Assembly: GCA_032718475.1 (NCBI GenBank) | Contig: JAUCBJ010001841.1 | Span: 1-64,000, forward strand | From: Nemertoderma westbladi | Lineage: Eukaryota; Animalia; Xenacoelomorpha | Reading direction: 5' to 3' | DNA: 64,000 nt | The notes under the pieces: model-generated | The model's input: the letters and a program-made list of their open reading frames with translations, nothing else | Told to the model about the DNA's origin: nothing | Databases searched by the model: none | Position numbers and translations under genes: made by a program | Part shown: positions 52,986 to 63,506 of the stretch, piece by piece | Numbering within the stretch: position 1 is the first letter of the stretch | How the letters are laid out: each line of letters opens with the position of its first letter

Positions 52986-54498
52986 ATGTTAATTATTTTA
53001 CGATGCCTAAATTTCTAAATTTTAGGGTTACTTTCCTTTACTTTATTACTGTTATTAAGCAGTAGTCCAACTGATATTAAGACCTAATTGATGTATAACA
53101 GGCCTACTATTTTATAAATCGGTTTGAGTTGATTTATAATATATTATGTACCCGTACAAGGGTTTTGTCAATATTTGAAATAAATGTTATTATTTCCAAG
53201 TAAGGTGTCACTACACAGACGCGGAACGCTCTCAGTGGAGTGCTATCTGTTAGACACTAAAACGAATAATTCTACTTTACTAAGTTACTTATTACTACAA
53301 ATTACGTACAATTACTGTGTAGGATTACAATTTCTAAATAAACACCAAAAGTTACACATACAAATTTCAGGGTAATTTTACAGGAATCTACAAACCAGCC
53401 TAATAAGGAGTTAGAATTTCTGGTTCTTACAAACGGACAGGATACTACGGTATTTGAAAATAATTAAGCAGTAGTAAATAAATTGTGTTGTCCAGATAAG
53501 AAAATACCACCGTCTGACGACTTATAGTCTTTAGCTCTACAGCTCTATAAGTACTACGTTATGTACCCGGAGTGTCCTTACCTAAAAGTTAATTACCGCA
53601 GCCAACCAGAGCTAACGTGCCTATTAACCACTTTACAACACAAATATACTGCCTACACACTAATTACTTTCGGAAAGCACTGTACACTAAACCCTAAATT
53701 AGGTACAAATACTTATACAACAAATAACCAGCAGTTAAATATACTTGTACAGCTAAAAGAACCACGGTATCTGCTGGAGTGACTAGAGAATAAAATCACC
53801 AATCTTTACCTACGCCAAGCAGCCCTGATGTAGTACCGGGGTTAATTTAACTATAACGGTATGTATAACAAGCATAATTACTTTAGGAATAAACTTAGGG
53901 AGTTATGTAGGTTGCGAATACTCGCATAAACTCTGAATAATAAATAAATACGCTACCCGTGCAGACTACACAAACAAAAATACAGACCAAACGCTGGCAG
54001 ACTACTGTCAAGCCTAAATAAACTACAGTATATGCAGACTCCGAAATGGTTAGTTAGTATGCGTTCTAACCAAGTAGTATGACTTATTCTTTCGGGGGGG
54101 ATTTACCTTACAACACTGGATGCCCCCACCTTCCTAACTAGCACTTTATCGGACAGACACTCTACACACACTGCAGTCTCTTCAGACCTAACAACAGCCA
54201 GACAACAATCCAGCCTACAAATTATCTGTACAATTTGAGCGGGCTTACACGCCTTCTGCTCAATATTACACTTACAGATAAATAAAACTGACAGAAATAA
54301 GTAAACCATACAAAGGAATAAGGGGTGATCAATCCCTAATCCCCTAACAGCCTACAATATACAATATATCTCAATCGAACTAATACTGGTACCTGTAAGT
54401 ACCGGTTCGGGTAGTTGGGCAGTTAGGCCTACAGTTTACCGTCCGACCGGTACATTCGAATTTATTGCCTACGTGCAATCAAGAATAAAAACTATTAA

Positions 54499-55700
54499 TG
54501 TTCGCGCTTTTAGACCTTTAGCAGTTTAACCTGCCAATTTTAATTGTCTTTTTGTATATCAATTATTTAATGTACTGAAGTTACATCAGCCGAAGCCAGC
54601 CTGTGCGCGACCATTCACCCACAGTTAAGGGAGACTGGATTCGGATGCTTTGATAGTGATTGCAGTGTAGACCTACTGTATTATTCGATTGATATTTAAT
54701 ATATAATCTCTGACAATATATTTACTTTCGGGGAAATATTAACAGTTCCTTTAGGACGTGGCGCTTTAAGTATAAAACAGAGTTATGACTTATACTAATC
54801 ACAACTGGATGGCTACTGAGTTTCGTAAAAAGCGCATTCTTTAGGAGATGCTTTATTAACCTTCACACTACTTCACACGACTTCACACTACTTCACACTA
54901 CTGCGCACTGATCTGCCGACCGTCACTGAATTTGATCATATATAAGGAGGATCGCAACTGACACATGTAGGGATCATGAAATAGTATTTAATTCACACAA
55001 AAACCACTATAATGTAAGTCGCAGTTGCTACTCTCGCAGTACTATTCCTCTAACCTTCAGTAATCAAGAAGATTGGGGGTTTTATGATTATTCATCGGTA
55101 TTCTCCAAATATATCAGCAATATACACCAATTAACCATAATTAATAACAGAAGTAAAATAATGCGGTGAACAGTCAGTATGTGTTACTGATGCAGTGTTC
55201 CATGTGCAGCAATGTTGACTTGCGGTGTGATGCAGTGTGCTGCGTAGTTGAATTGCGTTGCGTTAATAGTTTTACGTTCTTGTAATCAAAGCCATCTGAT
55301 GTTTCTGATGTTTAGGTCAAAGTCTGAAACTTCCAACACAGAAGTACAGAAGAATTTCCAAGCAGTTCTCTCGCTCAGAAAGGTAAACAAAGACCGTAAT
55401 GCATTGTGCGGTTTTCCGTAGGCCTCTGTACAAGATAAAATGAAAATCGCTCTGATTGGCTGAGCTGAGCGAGCTGAACAAAGAGATGTTCCACGTTTAC
55501 AGTAAATCAGCTGACAGATTTCGTCATCTGAGTTCCAGTCTTTTAGAGTATTAGGCGCATTGCGGCAGAAAATGGCTTGTTATGTCCGCTAAAACACTCA
55601 CACGGTACATTGCGGAGAAAATGGCTTGTTATGTCCGCTAAAACACCAACACGGTATATTGCGGAGAAAATGACTTGTTATATCCGCAAAAGCTTTTACA
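54499..55700 (-). repeat. 5' LTR (~1.2 kb)
   Basis: Direct repeat of 43164-44343, with two extra CTTCACAC(T/G)A units. Confidence 0.95.
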
Positions 55701-56285
55701 CCGCTCCCAGAAAATGGGATTTAATTCTATAAAATATAAAAAATCACAGTTTCTAAAATATAAAAATACTCTAAACAGTTAGTCCTTCTTACGCGAACGG
55801 CGTTTACGCAGTTTTTTGAGGCTAGCAAGAGTCCTTTTCTCTTTGGGGCGAGCCACTTTACTAGGAGGGCTATAACTCCTGGGTGAAGGGTGCAATACAA
55901 TTGCATCGGAAGGTTTAGGGTTACGGTCGGTGTATCCGCCGGTCGAGGTACCCGGTTGATCGGTATCAACCTCAGTGGAACGAGGTCGAACAACCTTGAG
56001 AGCGCATTTTAAGACAGCAGCTCTTACTGGTCCCTGACGGGTCGTTTGCACGAGAGCGGTAGGCGGACCATGAGTAGTGAGAAATTTCCTCGGTTTGATG
56101 GTTCTTTCCAACTCGCGTTCTCGGGCTCTGTCGAAATCGATATGCTTCTCCTCGAGCTGATTTTCCTCCGCTTGTCGTTGGAAGCATTCGTCCAAAACTC
56201 TTTCAGAGAGTAGGGTCGTCCAAGTTCGATATCTTCTTAGAGATTCTGGAGAAAATGACTTGTTATATCCGCAAAAGCTTTTACA
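55701..56285 (-). repeat. Extra copy of the element's 3' internal 550 bp plus a ~37-bp LTR terminus, outside the 5' LTR
   Basis: 55701-56250 duplicates 44344-44893 (including the 138-aa ORF and PPT); 56249-56285 repeats the LTR end GAGAAAATGACTTGTTATATCCGCAAAAGCTTTTACA. Confidence 0.92.
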
Positions 56286-56329
56286 GGGCTAATGGGGGCT
56301 GGTTGTAAATGGGTGGGGTTGGGGGGTAG

Positions 56330-56630
56330 GGAAGGTTTAGGAGAAGTTGTACTGTAGGTAGTCAGTCTTGGATTTCTGCAAGATTGGGTGATGAGGGATT
56401 AGTTATGCGATTTGTAAGATTGTCTAGCGTTTACGTACGGATTCAAGTTCCTGTTGTGGTCGGTCAGGAGTAATATGAACATATTGATTTATATGGTTAG
56501 ACAACTCGATATCGAAGGTATTGCTACCACCGTACAGGGAGTTTAGAATTTTCCATTTCTCATCTTCAGATTTCAGAGTTACGACAACCTTGTTTTCAGC
56601 TTGAACGGACCATAAATTACGGACCATAAA
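56330..56630 (-). pseudogene. CR1-like LINE ORF1 C-terminal remnant (continuation of the LINE interrupted by the LTR element)
   Basis: VVVTLKSEDEKWKIL...VHITPDRPQQELESVRKR resembles CR1-group ORF1 ends; same strand as, and upstream of, the endonuclease remnant once the LTR element is removed. Confidence 0.6.
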
Positions 56631-56831
56631 TTACGAAATGAGAGAATGATTTTACTATCAGAGATTTCGCCCTCTAGCGGCAGACTGAAGAACTGCAGAC
56701 GGATATATCCTCCTTTGAAAGACACAGCTGACAGTCTAGTAAATATCGGTCAAGTCTCAACTTGAAGGGAAGAAAAGCAAAGAAATGGGGGACATATATT
56801 GTTTAGATATGTTGCCCCAAAGATTACACCA

Positions 56832-57045
56832 TTTTGTTGGGCACAGCTTTTGCAAAGTCGGCAATGACGACCAGGTGGGATCGAACTGGTGAACTCCGGG
56901 TTGGAAGTCTGACGCTCTAAACCATTCAGCTAGCGGCCCAGGTAAAAGATAGACCTGGAAATACTATCTGATACCTTGTTTATCAGCAATTTACCTCCTC
57001 ATGGCCCCATCTGTTAATACCATCAAATGGTGCCACTGTGCTCAA
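56832..57045 (-). mobile_element. Partial copy of the tRNA-like palindromic element at 57210-57624
   Basis: Reverse complement of ~57357-57577. Confidence 0.85.
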
Positions 57046-57209
57046 CCCTACCGTACTTGGCCGTCTATATAACCACTCGCTACAATGAAAGGGTAGTGTA
57101 CATTTAACCGTGAACCATCACAGCCACAATGATTATAATAAACATTCTAGCTACTAATTTAGGCAGGTCAGTTACACCTATAGAGAATTGCGACCGGTAG
57201 ATTTATAAA

Positions 57210-57624
57210 TTATTATTGGTGTTATGGGTGAATGAATGGTTTCATATTATTATAACTTTTTGTTGGGCACAGCTTTTGCAAAGTCGGCAATGACGTCCAG
57301 CTGGGATCGAACTGGTAACCTCCGGGTTGGAAGTCTGATGCTCTAACCATTGAACATTGAGCACAGTGGCAGCATTTGATGGTATTGACAGATGGGAGGT
57401 CATGAGGAGGTAAATTGCGGACATACAAGGTATCAGATAGTAATTCCAGGTCTATCTTTTACCTGAGCCGCTAGCTAAATGGTTAGAGCGTCAGACTTCC
57501 AACCCGGAGGTCAGGTCACCAGTTCGATCCCACCTGGACGTCATTGCCGACTTTGCAAAAGCTGTGCCCAACAAAAAGTTACAATAATATGAAACCACTC
57601 ATTCACCCATAACACCAATAATAA
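57210..57624. mobile_element. Palindromic tRNA-derived (SINE-like) element: inverted arms 57210-57351 / 57478-57624 around a ~126-bp spacer
   Basis: A-box TAGCTAAATGG (57472-57482) and B-box AGTTCGATCC (57521-57530); arms are near-perfect reverse complements. Confidence 0.85.
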
Positions 57625-57929
57625 AGATTACACTGACAGACAGACACGAGGTTGAGATAGTTGTACCTGGTACACGTATGCTAAGCTCACTTACTTTCGT
57701 GGCTCGCTCCACAATTCTGAAATTATTTCAAACATTTAATTTGAAACTGATGGTCTACTGGTATAGCAAAATCGAGGTACCGGTACCGGCAAACTGGTGA
57801 GGTGACGTGCCTAAAAATTATCAACAAAACAATTTTGCCAGATTGTCCTATACAACTTTAACTGATTACCGGTACCGGTACCGGTACTGGATTAATTTAG
57901 TATAAATTCGACGTTGGACGTTTGATGCG

Positions 57930-59791
57930 ATGGATAAGGAACACGACGAATTATCGAGTAAAATGGACGAGGCTTGGCGGATTCGGCAAGGGACGCCGTC
58001 TGGTGTGTGCACCGTTATAGAACCCACCCCTTTAAACACCCCTCAACCCACCAACACCATCCGCTTCGTATGCATTTCCGACACACATAATTGGTTGGAG
58101 GCAACCGAGGTGCTAGCCAGAATCCCCGATGGGGACGTGTTGATTCACGCCGGTGACTTTACCAGAGGCGGTTCTATCCCAGAACTAGTCGCATTCAACC
58201 GCGCCTTGGCAACTCTTTCGCACCCACACAAACTGGTTATAGCGGGAAACCATGATATGTGTTTGGATGAAAAAGAAGCTCGCTTCCAACATCTTAGACG
58301 GACAGGTGGTCGTACTTGTAAATCACCAATATCATCATTATTAACGTCTTGTACGTACTTAGAAAACCGATTGGTTGTCGTTCACGGGTATAATATATAT
58401 GGCTCACCTTACACACCCGCATACTACTCCATGGGGTTCAATAAAGAGAGGGGGCGGGAAATTCTTAATGTTTGGAATACAATTCCCGATAGTGTGGATA
58501 TCCTGGTCACCCACGGGCCACCTTTAGGCCACGGGGATGAGGTCTGTCACAGCTTCGATCCACACAAAAGGGCGGGTTGTGTTGACCTGCTGAATAGGTG
58601 AGAGTATTTTCTGACAGGATTAAATTGATTTCATTACCCAATGAAGAGCTCGTTGGCATAAACCTAAACCAAATCCACTTTACTTCTTTAAATTGTATAA
58701 AACTTAAATTTATTGTATTGATGCTTAATATTAGATTTATTCGGCTTTTAGCCGTTTTTTGACTTTATTTTCACCAGAGCTTTATATGGATGTCCCTCAC
58801 TTCGGCGAAACGCAAACCGCCCAAAGCATCAATGACAACTACTACTGCCTGACTTCCGCTAGTCGAAGCGTCATAGCTCATTAATAGCATCGTTATTCGT
58901 GGCCTATTATGGAGACTCTCGCCAGATAGACTCCTTAGATAGACTCCTCCAGATAGTCTCAGTATCAGTTTACTGTGTGGTCACATTCTTGACGCTTTTA
59001 TTTTGATTCCAGAACTTTATCTTGTGATGCATTGATGTTCAAAAGCAACATATGTATGTACCACTGGCATGTTAAGGTCCGTCTCAGCGAAAATTTCCAA
59101 AATTTAGTTGGCTGTTATAACATTTTTACCTGGCGTAATTTTGGATGCTCCGGCTTGGAATTCTTTATTAGATACTGCAGTACTGCGCAGGTAAAATACC
59201 ATTCAACATTACAATAGGGTCTGAGTTGGGGACTTCCCTCGTTACTAGAACTCTGATGATGAAAACACTGCTGCTGATGGCCCTAGTGGCAGAATTATAT
59301 TAATTATTTTATTTAAAGAAGGTATAAGTTTTAGCAACAAGGGAAGTCCCCAATTCAGACCCTATTGTAATGTTGAATTAACCCCTCAAAGTCGGTTTGC
59401 CGGTACCTTAAGAAAATACCATACAAACAGCTATAAAAATATAAATTGCAAAGTTTAAATTTAAAATAATAAATTGTGTTTTTTTCTTACAAAAGTCATT
59501 TAATATCTCAAAAGTTACCCTTTATTAGAAGGGTATTAAGTGATGAGGCATTTAAATTGACTAATTATATGCCGGCATAGTGTATTCGATCAGGAAATAC
59601 TCTCGCCTCCTCGAAACAGTATTCAGCGTCGGATAAAGCCGAAATACCACGTCTGTGGTCACATCCACGAGGGTCACGGTGTCACCAGCGACGGTCACAC
59701 TATCTATATCAACGCCGCTGTTTGCGACTACCAATACCGGCCAATAAACAATGCTGTCATATTCGACCTACCACAATTACAGACTCAATGA
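57930..59791 (+). CDS. MPPED: Metallophosphoesterase domain-containing protein (MPPED1/2, 239FB family); exons 57930-58597 and 59620-59791
   Basis: RFVCISDTH, DVLIHAGDFT, KLVIAGNHD, DILVTHGPP, AGCVDLLN|SIQRRIKPKYHVCGHIHEGHG..YINAA..IFDLP. Phase-2 GT..AG intron at 58598-59619; stop TGA at 59789-59791. Confidence 0.93.
59201..59378. mobile_element. Small intronic MITE / hairpin with ~50-bp inverted arms
   Basis: ATTCAACATTACAATAGGGTCTGAGTTGGGGACTTCCC versus GGGAAGTCCCCAATTCAGACCCTATTGTAATGTTGAAT. Confidence 0.8.
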
Positions 59792-60169
59792 AATTGTTCA
59801 TAATAATTTCGAAAATTTATTTGATTTAATTATTATTATTTTGCTTTCATTTAATTTGTAATATAATTTATAATATTTTGTTATTTAAATATTTATTTTT
59901 ATTTATACTTGTAATATATTTAACATATTTAAATATTGACATTATCGTGAATAAAATCGTATATATGCATAAGTAGGTAGGCCTACTAACTGTATACTGA
60001 AGAAACCAGTGCACTGCGAGCGCTGTAGGAATTTCGTGAACGTGTATTGTTTTAACCGAATTTGTACCATAACTCTTATACTGCATAACTAGATTATATT
60101 AAAAAGCCTTAAAATAATAATTGATAAATAATAAGTGAATCGTTGTGGGGTGAATGACGGTGAATTAAA

Positions 60170-60493
60170 TATATAATGTAATAGGACTATATGTTAATGC
60201 TCTCCATAGCGAAAAATATCAACCGACCCTATTGCGGCTTGAACCCGGTACCTAGGTTTCAAACTTCCGGTTATCATCAGTTGTACTTTCCTTTGAGTGA
60301 TTAGTTGTCTAAATATGATATCCCACTCCATAGCGAAATCTTCAACCGTCCTGGTAGCTCAGTATACAGACTCGGCTGATGATAACCGGAAGTTTGAAAC
60401 CTAGGTACCGGTTTCAAGCCACAATAGGCAGTAGGGTCGGTTGATATTTTTCGCTATGGAGAGCATTAACATATTGACCTATTACATTATATA
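60170..60493. mobile_element. Palindromic Pol III / hammerhead-containing element (arms 60170-60280 and 60376-60493)
   Basis: Arms are reverse complements; A-box TAGCTCAGT at 60355-60363 and B-box-like GG(T)TTCAAGCC at 60410-60420. Confidence 0.85.
60369..60413 (+). ncRNA. Minimal type I hammerhead ribozyme (Penelope/retrozyme-like, palindromic stem III)
   Basis: GACTCGG-CTGATGA-TAACCGGAAGTTT-GAAAC-CTAG-GTA-CCGGTT: intact CUGAUGA and GAAA cores, stem II AAC/GTT, self-complementary stem III ACCTAGGT, GUA cleavage triplet, stem I TCGG/CCGG. Confidence 0.75.
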
Positions 60494-60547
60494 AAATAAT
60501 AATTGTATGGTATGGGTTCTATTGTTAAGGGTGAGTTGGGTAGTTCC

Positions 60548-61483
60548 CAGGGGCGGATCCAGGGATTTGCTAAGGGAGGGGCTGAGGTGGACCAAAATCA
60601 GAGGCCGAGGGCAACAATTCTAACTAAGCGAGGCCCTCCCTCGTGGTGGATTATTAGTTTTAGTTAAGGGAGGATGGGGTATTAGCGCTCCATATTTTGG
60701 ATCCTTATTTTTATGATCTCCTCCTATGGTGTGGCGAATTTAATGGAGATTCCAAATCAGAAGGCTATTTTCTGATATCTATTATCAACCTACCTCATTT
60801 GACTATATATTTGATATTATACGCCCGACACTATGCCGGCTCTATCATCTATACTCGTGACTCCATACAGGGTTGGATTTGGTTATCTATGTTTATGAAA
60901 CGCAGACATTGCTAACATGGTGGATTTCGATCAATGGTGAATATTCACTAAATGGGAAAATAATTTGGGAAGCTAGTACTAAGAGCTTGGTGGCTTAGAT
61001 TTGAAGGGCTACAACACCACAATGTTTATTTATGTAATATAGGTCAAATATAGGGTACATCTAAAAAAAACATTTATGTAATATAGGTCAAATATACAGT
61101 ACATCTAAAAACAATACTTTGTTTTTAGCTAAAACAGCTTTTTTTTCCAAAATTTTAGCGAAAAAAAAATTAAGAACTTTTGACTCTACATTTTTATCAA
61201 TAATAGCTGATGGTCCAGCGTTGGTTGTTAAGAATGAGCACCAGTTGTATGTTGGTACTGAGACTGACTGACCTATAAAGAAGTTGGGCATTTGCAATAA
61301 GCTCCCCCAATATTGAATATAGTCAAGTGTGTGTTTTCCTAATTATGTATTACTGAACGTGGGTATATAATTACATTATTATAAGTCAAAGCGGATCCTC
61401 GTTTACTTAATGGTCTGGTCTGGTCATGACTCAAGGGAAAGGGCTATAGAGCCCCCTCAGAGCCCCCTGTGGATCCGCGCCTG
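60548..61483. mobile_element. hAT-superfamily non-autonomous element
   Basis: TIRs CAGGGGCGGATCCA / TGGATCCGCGCCTG; 8-bp TSD GTAGTTCC at 60540-60547 and 61484-61491. Confidence 0.9.
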
Positions 61484-62539
61484 GTAGTTCCGGTGGGAAC
61501 TCTGTGAGTATTTGTGCATTAGTAGCTTAGTTATAAACACATCTTCATTAAATTACAACTAATATAATTATTGTAGGCGATTAACTACAGATGTATTAAT
61601 AAGTATTATATTACATAAATGTGTCTGCTTAGTTATTCCTTAAGTTATTATCTGTATATGTTTATGTGATGATATAAGAGTGCTCAATAATAAGAATACG
61701 AATACATTATGAGTAACTGTTATATTTCATATTTTTATTTATTGTGAATAATGTATATTATTTACATTCAATATCTTGGGAGGATTCCATCCCCACCCAG
61801 GAAGCAAAGTATGTAAACCATGCCGATCAATAGACCCACCTTGGTGTAGTGGTAGCTGGAACAAGTCATCAGACTTTGTGCGCGTAATCCCTGGCCTAAC
61901 GGCCCAATAGAAATGTACAATGCAACACTGCAATAGGCGAGACTACAGTCGTAGATATAGTCCCTGTATTATGAATAGGTGAATCAAAAGTTAGTGTGGA
62001 AATTAGGCAAACTCAATTAGTGAATTATTTTTACATAAAATGACCGTTCTTGACATGTAAGAGGTTTAGCACTTATAGCCTGATCACAAGCCAGATAACG
62101 ATCACTACGGCCGGCTGCGGTCAGCTGATTATTATTACAGTACAGCACATGCCTGGTAAGTACCGACCAAGGACTACTTATTATTTATTATTCAGACTAG
62201 CCTTTATCCCAATAAGGGTCATGGCAATACATACATACGTACGTAATGAACAGTAATTATACCTACAGGGGCTACAGTATAAATGTTTTAAGAGTTTACG
62301 GCCAACCCATAAAGCATAGGTACTAAATAGTAAATACAGATACACAAACCAATCAGAACCAGATCTAAACGGAATTACCTACTGTAATGCAAAGCAAATT
62401 GAATAAGATAAAATAAGTGACATGAGAAGGAAGTTGGGCCACACTGGTTACGAGTAGTTGGATTACGAATTTGGCTTACAGGGAGATCGAAATGCTTTTA
62501 ATTTAGAAGTTCGTATTTATTTAGGACTTCGTACACTTC

Positions 62540-63200
62540 GTATTAATTTAGAAGTTCGTATGCCGTATTGAGTTATTCTACTAGAAGGTTATTAGTTGTT
62601 CTGTCATCACATTTCATTATGCTATAGAATTTCATATTATCGTCAAAATTATTTATAAGTTAATTCGTCGCAGTATCTAAGCTTGAAAATAGTTTTTTCT
62701 CGTTGATTATAAAATTTGGGGCACCTAATTACAATGTGTTTCTCATCCTCTATTGACTCATCACTACAAAATCTACACAATCTACTTTCCAGGGCGGTTT
62801 TATCATAACGACCTGTCTCTATCCTGAAGGTGTGATTGCTGATTCTAAACTGTGTTAATATTTGGCGTGTTTTAAATGGCATATTGGTCAAGTATTGTTC
62901 ATGTATTAATGTGCTTTTAAATAGTGAATAGGTTCTTAGTTTGTTTGCGGATTTGCCGTCTTTACTGAGCGGGTTTGTGATTGCAAATTGCCAATTTTTT
63001 TCAGAGAATGTATTAAATTATGTGCGAATGGCTGATAGTTTTTTAAATTTGGAGGGTAATAATTGGTAGATTGATTTCGCAGATAGAATATTAATTTTGG
63101 ACATTGGTTCATCTACTAGTGCTTCGATTGAGTTTAGGATATTATTAAGCCAACATGCTTTTCCATCTTTCATTCTTTCCACATAGAAATGTTTTCTTGT
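62540..63200 (-). pseudogene. LINE ORF2 3' remnant with C-terminal zinc-finger-like motif (L2/CR1-group or related clade)
   Basis: FRISNHTFRIETGRY...RLCRFC...IEDEKHIVIRC. Confidence 0.75.
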
Positions 63201-63506
63201 AAAGTATCGGCTAGAAGTGACTACTATTAATACTACTGTAGTATACTAGTATAGTGTAGTATAGTCTGATAGTAGTCCTTGCTACCGACTGAAAGTACTG
63301 ACTTGTTACAAGTCAGCAGACTTAAACGGTACCGGTATCTTTTGGCTGGTATAATAGCTCAACTAACATGAAGGCTGGTGCAGGTGACTGGTGCACTGAT
63401 CAGCTGATTTCAACTACCGGTATTATGATAGTTTGAGATACTGAGTTACGTAAATTTATTTGATAACCTACCTCAGTACCTACCAACAGAAGAATAACTG
63501 AGAAAG

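Larger units (their letters stand above)
43164..56285 (-). mobile_element. BEL/Pao LTR retrotransposon, 13.1 kb, internally deleted (non-autonomous)
   Basis: TG...CA termini; 5-bp TSD GGGCT (43159-43163, 56286-56290); near-identical LTRs; BEL-type Gag, protease and integrase C-terminal motifs; purine-rich CTGGGAGCGG immediately before the 3' LTR on the minus strand. Confidence 0.95.

Noticed and set aside
57465-57540. Genuine tRNA gene
   Set aside because: A and B boxes are present but the acceptor and anticodon stems do not pair properly, and it sits in a multi-copy palindromic repeat.
59253-59268. CTGATGATGAAAAC as a second hammerhead core
   Set aside because: No room for stem II between CTGATGA and GAAA, and no stem I/III pairing.
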